Below, one piece after another: positions 30,359-40,389 of a DNA stretch of 64,000 nucleotides. The position numbers were made by a program, and so were the translations under genes. The notes under the pieces are model-generated. The model was not told the DNA's origin. It worked only from the letters and a program-made list of their open reading frames with translations, and ran no database searches. The stretch is from NCBI GenBank assembly GCA_038244115.1, contig JBBRTU010000002.1:131238-195237 (forward strand), in the 5' to 3' direction. How positions within the stretch are numbered: the first letter of the stretch is position 1; the number at the start of each line of letters is the position of its first letter. Source of the stretch: Burkholderiales bacterium (lineage in GTDB: Bacteria; Pseudomonadota; Gammaproteobacteria; Burkholderiales; JBBRTU01).

Positions 30359-31138
30359 TTATTTTGCCCGGTAAGCCCAGCGAAACATGACGATGCCAGC
30401 AATGATCATGGGCAGGGAAAGCCACTGCCCCATGCTCATTCCCAGCGACAGCAGGCCAAGGAAGTCGTCCGGTTCGCGGGTGAATTCGACGATGAAACGG
30501 AAGCAGCCGTAGCCGATCAGGAATAGACCGGACACGGCGCCGACGGGGCGCGGCTTGCTGGAAAACAGCCAGAGCAGGATAAAAAATACGACGCCTTCCA
30601 GGCCGAATTCATACAGTTGGGAGGGGTGGCGCGGGGTCTGGTCAACCAGCGGAAATACCATGGCCCAGGGCACGTCGGTTGGCCGGCCCCACAATTCGCT
30701 GTTGATGAAATTGCCCATGCGCCCAGCTCCCAGGCCAATAGGCACCATAGGGGCGATGAAATCCATAACCGTTAGCCAGGGCTTACCGGACTTGCGCACG
30801 AATAGCCAGGCGGCGATGAGCACACCGAGAAAGCCGCCGTGGAAGGACATGCCGCCTTGCCATACAAAAAATATTTCCAGCGGATGGCCTAGGTAGTAAC
30901 CGAGCTTGTAGAACAGCACGTAGCCTAAACGGCCACCCAGAATGACGCCCAGCACGCCGTAAAACAGCAGGTCGTCCAGTTCGCGCAGGGTAATGGCGGG
31001 GGCAGCGGCACGCTTGATGCGCATGCGCCCCAGTAGCAGGAATGCGGCAAAGCCGATCAGGTACATTAGTCCGTACCAGCGAACTTGCAGCGGGCCGAGA
31101 TGCAGCGCAACGGGATCGAAGCTGGGGTGGATGAGCAT
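30359..31138 (-). CDS. lgt: Prolipoprotein diacylglyceryl transferase
   Basis: 259-aa membrane ORF with [21 protein letters not shown] and [24 protein letters not shown] motifs. Confidence 0.95.
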   Translation of the reverse strand: MLIHPSFDPVALHLGPLQVRWYGLMYLIGFAAFLLLGRMRIKRAAAPAITLRELDDLLFYGVLGVILGGRLGYVLFYKLGYYLGHPLEIFFVWQGGMSFHGGFLGVLIAAWLFVRKSGKPWLTVMDFIAPMVPIGLGAGRMGNFINSELWGRPTDVPWAMVFPLVDQTPRHPSQLYEFGLEGVVFFILLWLFSSKPRPVGAVSGLFLIGYGCFRFIVEFTREPDDFLGLLSLGMSMGQWLSLPMIIAGIVMFRWAYRAK

Positions 31139-31203
31139 ATGGGGGTGACGACGGATTTGGGTTAAAATTGGCCGATTATACGTTTGTTTCGGAGAGTACC
31201 GCC

Positions 31204-33060
31204 ATGCCTGATTACCGTTCCTGGACTACCACTCGTGGCCGCAACATGGCCGGTGCACGTGCGCTGTGGCGCGCCACGGGCATGAAGGATGAAGACTTCA
31301 ACAATAAGCCGATTGTTGCGATTGCCAATTCATTCACCCAGTTCGTGCCGGGTCACGTGCATCTGAAAGATATGGGGCAGCTGGTTGCGCGCGAAGTGGA
31401 AAAAGCTGGCGGCGTGGCCAAGGAGTTCAACACCATTGCGGTGGATGACGGTATCGCCATGGGTCACGGCGGCATGCTTTATTCGCTGCCTTCACGCGAC
31501 CTGATTGCCGATAGTGTGGAATACATGGTCAACGCGCACTGCGCCGACGCGCTGGTGTGCATTTCCAATTGCGACAAGATCACCCCTGGCATGCTGATGG
31601 CGGCGCTGCGTTTGAACGTTCCCACCGTGTTTGTTTCCGGCGGGCCGATGGAAGCCGGCAAGGCAGTGATCCGCGGCAAGGTGCTGCATCTGGATCTGGT
31701 GGATGCCATGGTGTCCGCTGCCGATGACAAAGAATCTGATGAAGACGTAGCGACCATGGAGCGTTCCGCCTGCCCAACCTGCGGCTCCTGCTCCGGCATG
31801 TTTACCGCTAATTCGATGAACTGCCTGACCGAAGCGTTAGGGCTGTCACTGCCGGGCAACGGCTCCATCGTGGCCACGCACGCTGATCGCAAGCGCTTGT
31901 TCATTGAGGCTGGCCATCTGGTAGTGGCTATGGCGCGTGCCTGGTACGAGCGCGACGACGCTTCGGTGTTGCCACGTAGCGTGGCCTCTTTCAAGGCATT
32001 CGAAAACGCCATGACCGTAGATATTGCCATGGGTGGCTCGACCAATACCGTGCTGCACCTGCTGGCTGCGGCCCATGAGGCCGGGGTGGATTTCACCATG
32101 AAGGACATCGACCGTCTTTCCCGCAAAGTGCCGCACCTGTGCAAAGTAGCGCCGAGCATTCAGACCTACCACATGGAAGATGTGCATCGCGCCGGCGGCA
32201 TCATGAGTATTCTGAGCGAACTCGACCACGCCGGTTTGTTGCATAACGACGTGCCGGTCATTCATGCCCCTAGCATGGCCAGTGCGCTGGAACACTGGGA
32301 CGTGAACCGCACCACCGACGAAAAAGTGAAGAAATTTTATCGTGCAGCACCGGGCGGTGTACCCTCACAAGTCGCGTTCAGTCAGGATTCGCGTTACGAC
32401 ACGCTGGACGATGATCGCGCCAAGGGCTGCATTCGCGATAAAGCCCATGCCTATTCGCAAGATGGCGGTCTGGCAGTGCTCTACGGCAATATCGCGGAAG
32501 ACGGCTGCATCGTGAAAACAGCCGGCGTGGATGAAAGCATCCTCAAATTCACCGGCCCGGCTCGCATCTTCGAAAGCCAGGAGGAGGCGGTGGAAGCAAT
32601 TATTGGCGACAAGGTCAAGGAAGGCGACGTGGTGGTGATCCGCTACGAAGGCCCTCGCGGCGGCCCCGGCATGCAAGAGATGCTCTATCCCACTAGCTAT
32701 ATCAAGTCCAAGGGCTTGGGGAAGGCTTGTGCGCTGATTACCGATGGACGTTTCTCCGGCGGCACCTCGGGCCTGTCGATTGGCCACGTCTCGCCGGAAG
32801 CGGCGGAAGGAGGCGCGATTGGGTTGGTGGAAGAAGGCGATCTGATCGAAATCGATATTCCCAATCGCAGTATCAACCTGAAAGTGTCCTGGGAGGAGCT
32901 TTCCCACCGGCGCACCCTGATGGAAGAAAAAGGCAAGCATGCCTGGGAACCCGTAGCGCGCGCGCGACTCGTTTCCGCCGCGCTGCGTGCTTATGCGGCA
33001 ATGACCACCAGTGCCTCCAAAGGCGCGGTGCGCGACGTGTCGCAAGTCGAAAAGAAGTAG
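31204..33060 (+). CDS. ilvD: Dihydroxy-acid dehydratase
   Basis: From the ATG at 31204, [27 protein letters not shown] parallels the E. coli IlvD N-terminus. [11 protein letters not shown] and SGGTSG motifs are present. The TTG-extended track start was trimmed. Confidence 0.95.
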   Translation: MPDYRSWTTTRGRNMAGARALWRATGMKDEDFNNKPIVAIANSFTQFVPGHVHLKDMGQLVAREVEKAGGVAKEFNTIAVDDGIAMGHGGMLYSLPSRDLIADSVEYMVNAHCADALVCISNCDKITPGMLMAALRLNVPTVFVSGGPMEAGKAVIRGKVLHLDLVDAMVSAADDKESDEDVATMERSACPTCGSCSGMFTANSMNCLTEALGLSLPGNGSIVATHADRKRLFIEAGHLVVAMARAWYERDDASVLPRSVASFKAFENAMTVDIAMGGSTNTVLHLLAAAHEAGVDFTMKDIDRLSRKVPHLCKVAPSIQTYHMEDVHRAGGIMSILSELDHAGLLHNDVPVIHAPSMASALEHWDVNRTTDEKVKKFYRAAPGGVPSQVAFSQDSRYDTLDDDRAKGCIRDKAHAYSQDGGLAVLYGNIAEDGCIVKTAGVDESILKFTGPARIFESQEEAVEAIIGDKVKEGDVVVIRYEGPRGGPGMQEMLYPTSYIKSKGLGKACALITDGRFSGGTSGLSIGHVSPEAAEGGAIGLVEEGDLIEIDIPNRSINLKVSWEELSHRRTLMEEKGKHAWEPVARARLVSAALRAYAAMTTSASKGAVRDVSQVEKK

Positions 33061-33123
33061 CCGACTAAATTACTCGGGATTTGTGCTAGACTGGCGATTT
33101 TACCGCCTGTTTAGCACATTCCC

Positions 33124-35166
33124 ATGCCCAATCATCTCGCTACCGAAACCAGCCCCTACCTCCAGCAGCATGCAAACAACCCCGTAGAGTGGTATCCCTG
33201 GTGTGAGCAAGCGCTAACACTTGCACGTGAGCAGGACAAGCCGATTCTTCTCTCCGTTGGTTATTCGGCCTGCCACTGGTGCCATGTCATGGCCCACGAA
33301 TGCTTCGAGGACGAGGACGTGGCGGCGGTGATGAACAAGCATTTCATCAACATCAAAGTAGACCGCGAGGAACGCCCTGACCTCGATCAAATCTACCAGT
33401 CTGCGCATTATTTGCTGACGCGCCGCAACGGTGGCTGGCCGCTGACCATGTTCCTGACGCCCGAGCAAATGCCCTTCTATGGAGGTACTTACTTTCCCAA
33501 AGAGCCGCGCTATAACTTGCCTGGGCTTGTCTCCTTGCTGGAATGGGTGGCTCAGGTCTATCAGGAAAAGCGCGCCGAAATCGGCAGCCAAAACGGCTCC
33601 TTGCTCCAAGCTATGGAAGCCAACTTGCCTCAGTCTGCGGGCTCCGTTGCCATGACCAGCGCACCGTTTGCCGAAGCCAGCGCCAACTTGGCCGACAGCT
33701 TCGATCCGGTGCTGGGCGGATTCAGCAAGGCGCCCAAATTTCCCCGTCCCTCCGAACTGGAATTCCTACTGCGCCACGCAGCGCGAAGCGGTGATCAACA
33801 GGCAAAGGAAATGGCTTTGTTCACCCTGCGCAAGATGGCCGGCGGCGGCATCTACGACCAGATCGGCGGCGGCTTTTGCCGCTATAGCGTGGACGAACGC
33901 TGGGCCATTCCGCATTTCGAAAAGATGTTGTACGACAACGGCCCGTTGCTAGCGCTCTACGCTGATGCGTTCGCCATTACCCGGGAAGCGCGGTTCCAGC
34001 AGATCGCCGAAGAAACCGCCGCTTGGGTGATGCGTGAAATGCAGGCGCCAGAAGGCGGCTATTACTCGGCCCTGGACGCTGATTCGGAACACGAGGAAGG
34101 CAAGTTCTACGTCTGGGACACGCAAGAAGCAGCGCGACTGCTGACACCAGAAGAGTACACCGTGGCTGCGCGCCACTATGGTTTCGATGCCCCTCCCAAC
34201 TTCGAAGACAAGCATTGGAATCCGATCGTTGCCTGCGAGTTGACGGATGTGGCTAAAGGTCTGGCTATTGCGCCGGAGATCGCCCAGCAGCGCCTTGCAT
34301 CGGCCAAGGCCAAACTGTTTGCCACCAGAGAGCAGCGGGTGCGTCCAGGCCGCGACGAAAAAGTACTGGTGAGCTGGAACGCCTTGATGATCAAGGGCAT
34401 GGTGCGCGCCGCCAGGGTGTTCGGGCGTGATGACTGGCTCGCTTCGGCGCGGCGGGCATTGGCGTTCATTCGCGCCACCATGTGGAAAGGTGGCCGGTTA
34501 TTGGCGACTTACAAGGACGGTAAGGCACACCTCAATGCCTATCTGGATGACTATGCTTTTCTGCTGGATGCGCTGCTGGAAATGCTGCAAGCGGAGTTCC
34601 GCGCGGAGGATTTGGAATTTGCCCAGGCCCTCGCCGATACGCTGCTTGACCAATTTGAAGACAATACACAAGGCGGTTTTTTCTTTACCGGCCACGACCA
34701 CGAAAAGTTGATTCACCGTCCCAAACCAGCCCCGGATAACGCCACGCCATCGGGCAATGGGGTAGCGGCGTTTGCGCTGGCCCGCTTGGGACACTTGCTG
34801 GGAGAATCGAAGTACAACACCGCTTCAGAGAGAGGTCTGAAACTGTTCTACCCGATGCTGACACAGCACCCAGCCGCTTTCGGCAGCCTGCTCGCCACAC
34901 TGGATGAATACCTCATGCCGCCGCAAATCGTGGTGCTGCGCGGGGCAGCGGCGCAAACGTGGGCGCGCAGCCTGGCACAGGAATTTCTACCGGCGACGCT
35001 GGCCTTTGCCATTCCACAAGCGCCGGACATGAAGCTGCCGGCGCTGTTAGATAAAGCTTCTGGCAACCCTGTCAACGCCTGGGTGTGTCAGGGCGTTAAA
35101 TGCTTACCGTCGATCAACAACTTGCGCGAAATGTTGGAAGTTTGCAAATCCAGCGCAGTCGGCTAA
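33124..35166 (+). CDS. Thioredoxin-domain (DUF255)/YyaL-like protein
   Basis: 680-aa ORF with N-terminal SPYLQQHANNPVEWYPW and GYSACHWCHVM. The body is six-hairpin-glycosidase-like, typical of the YyaL/SPATA20 family. Confidence 0.8.
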   Translation: MPNHLATETSPYLQQHANNPVEWYPWCEQALTLAREQDKPILLSVGYSACHWCHVMAHECFEDEDVAAVMNKHFINIKVDREERPDLDQIYQSAHYLLTRRNGGWPLTMFLTPEQMPFYGGTYFPKEPRYNLPGLVSLLEWVAQVYQEKRAEIGSQNGSLLQAMEANLPQSAGSVAMTSAPFAEASANLADSFDPVLGGFSKAPKFPRPSELEFLLRHAARSGDQQAKEMALFTLRKMAGGGIYDQIGGGFCRYSVDERWAIPHFEKMLYDNGPLLALYADAFAITREARFQQIAEETAAWVMREMQAPEGGYYSALDADSEHEEGKFYVWDTQEAARLLTPEEYTVAARHYGFDAPPNFEDKHWNPIVACELTDVAKGLAIAPEIAQQRLASAKAKLFATREQRVRPGRDEKVLVSWNALMIKGMVRAARVFGRDDWLASARRALAFIRATMWKGGRLLATYKDGKAHLNAYLDDYAFLLDALLEMLQAEFRAEDLEFAQALADTLLDQFEDNTQGGFFFTGHDHEKLIHRPKPAPDNATPSGNGVAAFALARLGHLLGESKYNTASERGLKLFYPMLTQHPAAFGSLLATLDEYLMPPQIVVLRGAAAQTWARSLAQEFLPATLAFAIPQAPDMKLPALLDKASGNPVNAWVCQGVKCLPSINNLREMLEVCKSSAVG

Positions 35167-35222
35167 TATGGCGGGCCGAAGATTTTGGTTACCTATTTTT
35201 TAAACAAGCATTAGGAGAAATC

Positions 35223-35537
35223 ATGAAATTAGTATTAGGAATTGCAGCCGCTGCGCTGATGGTAGCTGGCACGGTCAACGCCGCTGTGGATCCAGCAGAG
35301 CTCGCAAAGAAGAGCGCTTGCCTGGCTTGCCATACTGTTGACAAGAAACTGGTAGGCCCTGCTTACAAAGATGTAGCCAAGAAATACAAAGGCGACAAGA
35401 CCGCTGAAGCCAAGCTGATCGAGAAAGTCAAAAAAGGCGGTTCCGGTGTTTGGGGTCCGATCCCAATGCCGCCAAATTCTCCACAAACCAAGGATGAGGA
35501 CATCAAGACTCTGGTTAAGTGGGTTCTCGCCATGTAA
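35223..35537 (+). CDS. Small soluble monohaem cytochrome c (c551/c8 type)
   Basis: ATG at 35223 preceded by aggaga. It has a signal peptide, a single CLACH haem site, and VWGPIPMPPN (Met ligand context). Confidence 0.85.
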   Translation: MKLVLGIAAAALMVAGTVNAAVDPAELAKKSACLACHTVDKKLVGPAYKDVAKKYKGDKTAEAKLIEKVKKGGSGVWGPIPMPPNSPQTKDEDIKTLVKWVLAM

Positions 35538-35558
35538 TTTCGGCGATGGTCGAAAGAA

Positions 35559-35591
35559 AGGCGGGTTGCTGAAAAGCAACCCGCCTTTTTT
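35559..35591 (+). terminator. Rho-independent terminator
   Basis: aggcgggttgc-tgaaaa-gcaacccgcct followed by tttttt. It lies directly after the cytochrome c gene. Confidence 0.85.
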
Positions 35592-35680
35592 GTTGGCGGG
35601 CGTTCGGCGAGAAGTGGTGATTTAACTATATAATTAGGCGTTTGCCGCAACGCGCGGCAGTAAAGAAATGGGAGCGCTAA

Positions 35681-36856
35681 GTGAACCAAAACCTGATAGT
35701 CAAATTTACCCTGTTGGCATTAGCCGTGTCACTGGCGGCTTGCGGCAAGAAAGAAGGCGCCGAATCTGCGGCATCCTCGAATGAAATCGTCGTCAAAATT
35801 GGCACAGCCAACCCGCTGACCGGTACCCAGGCGCATCTGGGCAAGGATAATGAGAATGGCATTCGCATGGCTATCGACGAAGCCAACGCCAAAGGCATTA
35901 GCATCGGCGGCAAGAAGGCCAAGTTTGTCCTGATCAGCGAGGACGACCAAGCGGATCCTCGCCAGGCCACCATCGTTGCGCAAAAAATGGTGGACGCTAA
36001 TGTCAGCGGAGTGATCGGCCACATGAACTCCGGCACGACCATCCCCGCTTCACGCATCTACCATGATGCCGGCATTGTGCAGATTTCCCCCTCCGCCACC
36101 AACGTCACCTACACCGCACAAGGTTTTAACACCGCGTTCCGGGTGATGGCCAACGACGCCCAGCAGGGCAAGGCCCTCGCCGAGTTTGCTACCAAAAATC
36201 TGAATGCCAAGAAAATCGCCATCCTCGACGATCGCACTGCCTATGGCCAGGGCCAGGCTGACCAATTCGAGCAAGTGGCCAAGGCCAACGGCGGGGAAAT
36301 CGTGGCGCGTGAATTTACCAGCGATAAGGCTACCGATTTTATGGCGGTGCTGACCACGATCAAGGGCAAGAAGCCCGACCTGCTGTTCTTTGGCGGCATG
36401 GATACACAGAGCGGTCCAATGATGAAGCAGATCAAGTCCATTGGACTGGAAGCCAAGTTTCTCACCGGTGATGGCAGCAGCACACCGAAATTCATTCAAT
36501 TGGGCGGTGATGCGGCGGAAGGGGCGTATAGCTCCCTGCCCGGTGTGCCCACGGAAAAAATGCCGGGCGGCAAGGCATTTGCTGACAAGTTCACTGCCAA
36601 GTATGGCCAGATCCAATTGTATGCCCCGTATTGCTACGATGCTGTGAATATCATGATCGCAGCCATGCAGAAAGCCGGTTCGGCAGCGCCGGAAAAATAT
36701 CTGCCGGAACTGGGCAAGCTCGAATATGACGGCGTAACGTCGAAGATTCGTTTCGACGAGAAAGGCGACATCAAAGCTGGATTTGTAACCATCTATCAGG
36801 TCAAAGGGGGCAAGTGGCAGCCGCTGGAAACATTGGGTGGCGAGGCCGCGAAGTAG
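35681..36856 (+). CDS. livK: Branched-chain amino acid (LIV-type) ABC transporter substrate-binding lipoprotein
   Basis: 391-aa ORF (GTG start) with the lipobox LAACG. It shows type-I periplasmic binding protein features (IVVKIGTANPLTG, VIGHMNSG). First gene before livHMGF. Confidence 0.8.
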   Translation: MNQNLIVKFTLLALAVSLAACGKKEGAESAASSNEIVVKIGTANPLTGTQAHLGKDNENGIRMAIDEANAKGISIGGKKAKFVLISEDDQADPRQATIVAQKMVDANVSGVIGHMNSGTTIPASRIYHDAGIVQISPSATNVTYTAQGFNTAFRVMANDAQQGKALAEFATKNLNAKKIAILDDRTAYGQGQADQFEQVAKANGGEIVAREFTSDKATDFMAVLTTIKGKKPDLLFFGGMDTQSGPMMKQIKSIGLEAKFLTGDGSSTPKFIQLGGDAAEGAYSSLPGVPTEKMPGGKAFADKFTAKYGQIQLYAPYCYDAVNIMIAAMQKAGSAAPEKYLPELGKLEYDGVTSKIRFDEKGDIKAGFVTIYQVKGGKWQPLETLGGEAAK

Positions 36857-36871
36857 CCTACTCCCGTAACC

Positions 36872-37798
36872 GTGGATATTTTTCTTCAGCAGCTCATAAA
36901 CGGTCTTGTGCTGGGTAGTATCTACGCCTTGGTGGCGCTGGGTTACACCATGGTCTACGGTATTCTGGAGCTGATCAATTTCGCCCACGGCGAAGTGGCG
37001 ATGATCGGTGCCATGGTCTGCTTAGCTGTAGCCAACACCCTTCTCGCGCAAGCCGGTTTGCCCGGCGCAGCAGTGTTGGGCATTGGCTTGCTCGTGGCAA
37101 TCGGTGCCTGCGTATTGCTGGGTTTTGCGATTGAGCGCGTGGCCTACCGTCCGTTGCGTCGCGCCCCTAGACTAGCGCCGCTGATTACCGCTATCGGCGT
37201 ATCCATCGTGCTGCAGAATATCGCCATGATGATCTGGGGCAAGCAATACATTCCTTTCCCAGCCCTGCTTACCGCTACGCCATTGCATATCGGCGGCGCT
37301 ACCGTTACCGATGTGCAGATCGGCATTATTCTACTTTCCGCATTGATCATGATCGCGCTGGTGCTCTTAGTGCAAAAGACCAAGCTGGGCCGTGCCATGC
37401 GCGCTACCGCGCAATCCCCCGAAGTGGCTGGGCTAATGGGGGTAGACACCAACCACGTGATTTCCCTTACCTTCATGATCGGCTCGGCACTAGCGGCCAT
37501 CGCCGGCGTGATGGTCAGCGCTTATTACGGTATCGCCCATTACTACATGGGTTTCCTGCTTGGCCTGAAAGCCTTTTCCGCTGCGGTGTTGGGCGGTATC
37601 GGCAACATTGCCGGGGCCATGCTCGGCGGCTTGCTACTCGGCGTAATCGAAAGTCTGGGCGCAGGCTACATCGGCCCGCTGACTGGCGGCGTATTGGGTA
37701 GCAATTATCAGGACGTGTTTGCCTTCTTCGTGCTGATCCTGGTGCTGGTTTTCCGACCCTCCGGCCTGCTCGGTGAAAGGGTCGTAGAGCGCGCATGA
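36872..37798 (+). CDS. livH: LIV ABC transporter permease LivH
   Basis: 308-aa membrane ORF beginning (fM)DIFLQQLINGL..GSIYALVALGYTMVYG, typical of LivH. Confidence 0.9.
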   Translation: MDIFLQQLINGLVLGSIYALVALGYTMVYGILELINFAHGEVAMIGAMVCLAVANTLLAQAGLPGAAVLGIGLLVAIGACVLLGFAIERVAYRPLRRAPRLAPLITAIGVSIVLQNIAMMIWGKQYIPFPALLTATPLHIGGATVTDVQIGIILLSALIMIALVLLVQKTKLGRAMRATAQSPEVAGLMGVDTNHVISLTFMIGSALAAIAGVMVSAYYGIAHYYMGFLLGLKAFSAAVLGGIGNIAGAMLGGLLLGVIESLGAGYIGPLTGGVLGSNYQDVFAFFVLILVLVFRPSGLLGERVVERA

Positions 37799-38901
37799 GT
37801 ACCTGGGGGAAATTAAAAAAAGACCGGCGCACTGCGTGGGTCACCTTCACCCTGCTGGCACTATTGCTGGCAGCGCTGCCCTTCCTGGTGGGTGCCAGTT
37901 TGGGCAATGCTTGGGTGCGCATTATTGATTTCGCCCTGCTCTACATCATGCTCGCCTTGGGGCTGAATATCGTGGTGGGATACGCAGGCTTGCTCGATCT
38001 CGGTTACGTGGCGTTCTATGCAGTGGGCGCCTATGTGTATGCCTTGCTAGCTTCGCCGCACTTCGGCCTGCACTTGCCGTTCTGGACGTTGCTGCCGTTG
38101 GGCGCGCTGGTGGCGGCATTGTTTGGCGTGTTGCTTGGTGCGCCAACACTGCGTTTGCGCGGTGACTATCTGGCAATAGTCACACTCGGCTTCGGCGAAA
38201 TCATCCGCATTTTCCTGAACAATCTGAATGCGCCGGTGAACATCACCAACGGGCCGCAGGGCGTGAATCTGATTGATCCTTTTAGTGTAGCCGGACATCC
38301 GCTGAGCCAGACCATGCAAGTCGCCGGACTGGAAATGACCGGTGCTGCCGCCTACTATTACCTCTTCCTGCTGCTGACGCTGGGCATCATTTTTGTTTCG
38401 ATGCGCTTGCAGGATTCGCGCATTGGCCGCGCCTGGGTAGCAATCCGTGAAGACGAGGTGGCAGCCGAGGCCATGGGCATCAACACGCGCAACGTCAAGC
38501 TGCTCGCCTTTGCCATGGGCGCTTCCTTTGGCGGCGTGTCGGGCGGATTGTTTGCCGGCTTCCAAGGGTTTGTCAGCCCGGAGAGTTTCACCTTGATGGA
38601 ATCCATCATGATCCTGTGCATGATCGTGCTCGGTGGCATGGGCAACATCCCCGGCGTGATTCTCGGTGCGGTGTTGCTGACCGTGCTGCCAGAAGCGCTG
38701 CGCTACGTCGGCGTATTGCAGGAAGCGCTGTTCGGTCGCGTTATCGTCAACCCCGCAGATCTGCGCATGTTATTGTTCGGTCTGGCACTGATTCTGGTGA
38801 TGCAATTCCGCCCCGCCGGCTTGCTGCCTTCGGTGCAGCGCCGACGCGAATTTTCCGCGCAAGATGGTGAACAATCTTCTCTCTATGATGCCCAGCACTG
38901 A
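37795..38901 (+). CDS. livM: LIV ABC transporter permease LivM
   Basis: 368-aa membrane ORF with GYAGLLDLGYVAFYAVGAY. Its ATG overlaps the livH stop (ATGA). Confidence 0.9.
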   Translation: MSTWGKLKKDRRTAWVTFTLLALLLAALPFLVGASLGNAWVRIIDFALLYIMLALGLNIVVGYAGLLDLGYVAFYAVGAYVYALLASPHFGLHLPFWTLLPLGALVAALFGVLLGAPTLRLRGDYLAIVTLGFGEIIRIFLNNLNAPVNITNGPQGVNLIDPFSVAGHPLSQTMQVAGLEMTGAAAYYYLFLLLTLGIIFVSMRLQDSRIGRAWVAIREDEVAAEAMGINTRNVKLLAFAMGASFGGVSGGLFAGFQGFVSPESFTLMESIMILCMIVLGGMGNIPGVILGAVLLTVLPEALRYVGVLQEALFGRVIVNPADLRMLLFGLALILVMQFRPAGLLPSVQRRREFSAQDGEQSSLYDAQH

Positions 38902-38908
38902 GGAAGGC

Positions 38909-39679
38909 ATGAACACCACTCCTTTGCTCAGCACAGAAAAAGTGTCCAAGCGCTTTGGTGGATTGGTGGCACTGGAAGCCGTGTCGCTGTCTGTCGAGGC
39001 CGGGGAAATTTACGGCCTGATCGGCCCAAATGGCGCTGGCAAAACCACCTTGTTCAATGTGCTGACCGGCTTGTATGCGGCGAGCGCAGGCCAGGTAATT
39101 TTTGCCGGCAATGCATTGATCGGGCGCAAACCCCATCAAGTGGTGGAGTGTGGCTTGGCGCGCACGTTTCAGAACATACGCCTGTTTGCCAATATGACCG
39201 CACTGGAAAATGTCATGGTGGGCCGCCACGCACGCACGCGTGCCGGCGTGCTGGGCGCGGTGTTGCGCTGTGCACGCACGCGCGCGGAAGAGCATGCTAT
39301 CCGCCAACGCGCACACGAGCTGCTGGAGTTCGTCGGCATAGCGAAGCATGGCAGGGCGTTGGCCAAACATCTTTCCTATGGCGACCAGCGCCGGTTGGAA
39401 ATCGCCCGCGCACTGGCAACCGAACCACGCATGCTGGCCCTGGATGAACCCGCCGCCGGTATGAACCCGAGCGAGAGAACCGAACTGGAGACGCTACTGC
39501 GCGCCGTGCGTGATACAGGCGTCACCCTGTTGCTGATCGAGCATGATGTCAAACTGGTGATGGGACTGTGCGACCGGGTGGCGGTGCTGGATTACGGCAA
39601 GAAGATTGCCGAAGGTACGCCGGATGTAGTACGCAACGATCCCAAAGTGATCGAAGCCTATCTGGGGGGTACACCGTGA
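38909..39679 (+). CDS. livG: LIV ABC transporter ATP-binding protein LivG
   Basis: ATG at 38909 after gaggaagg. Walker A GPNGAGKTT, signature LSYGDQRRLE, Walker B LLALDEPAAG. Confidence 0.9.
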   Translation: MNTTPLLSTEKVSKRFGGLVALEAVSLSVEAGEIYGLIGPNGAGKTTLFNVLTGLYAASAGQVIFAGNALIGRKPHQVVECGLARTFQNIRLFANMTALENVMVGRHARTRAGVLGAVLRCARTRAEEHAIRQRAHELLEFVGIAKHGRALAKHLSYGDQRRLEIARALATEPRMLALDEPAAGMNPSERTELETLLRAVRDTGVTLLLIEHDVKLVMGLCDRVAVLDYGKKIAEGTPDVVRNDPKVIEAYLGGTP

Positions 39680-40389
39680 GCCTGCTGGAAGTGCGCGGCT
39701 TGTCCGTGTCCTATGGCGGCATCAAGGCGGTGCGCGGTATCGACCTGGAGGTTTGTGAAGGCGAGTTGGTATGTCTGATCGGCGCCAACGGCGCGGGCAA
39801 GACCACCACCTTGAAAGCGCTAGCGGGACTGCTGCCGTCGCGCGGATCGGTGGCTTATCAAGGGAAAAGCATACTTAATTCTCCCTCGCATGAACTGGTG
39901 AAACAGGGCATCGCCCTGGTGCCGGAAGGACGTGGTATTTTCGGACGACTCACGGTAGCAGAAAATTTGGAAATGGGCGCTTATAGCCGCCATGATCGCG
40001 CTGCAATTAAATCTGATTTGCAGCGCGCATACACGCTATTTCCCCGCTTGTTTGAACGCCACGCGCAAAAGGCTGGTACGCTTTCCGGCGGCGAACAGCA
40101 AATGCTTGCCATAGGCCGCGCGTTGATGAGCAGACCGAAATTGTTATTGCTCGACGAACCCAGCATGGGCCTGGCGCCGCTCATGGTTGCGAAAATTTTT
40201 CAAACAGTTAAAGAAATTTCCGCCGAGGGCGTTACCATATTGCTGGTGGAGCAAAATGCCAGACAAGCGCTGGAGGTGAGCCACCGTGGTTACGTCATGG
40301 AAAGCGGAGCGGTGGCAATGCAGGATGAGGCAAAAATGTTGTTCAACAATCCCCAAGTAAAAAGTGCTTATTTGGGAGAATCTGCATGA
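39676..40389 (+). CDS. livF: LIV ABC transporter ATP-binding protein LivF
   Basis: The GTG at 39676 overlaps the livG stop (GTGA). Walker A GANGAGKTT, signature LSGGEQQML, Walker B LLLLDEPSMG. Confidence 0.9.
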   Translation: MSLLEVRGLSVSYGGIKAVRGIDLEVCEGELVCLIGANGAGKTTTLKALAGLLPSRGSVAYQGKSILNSPSHELVKQGIALVPEGRGIFGRLTVAENLEMGAYSRHDRAAIKSDLQRAYTLFPRLFERHAQKAGTLSGGEQQMLAIGRALMSRPKLLLLDEPSMGLAPLMVAKIFQTVKEISAEGVTILLVEQNARQALEVSHRGYVMESGAVAMQDEAKMLFNNPQVKSAYLGESA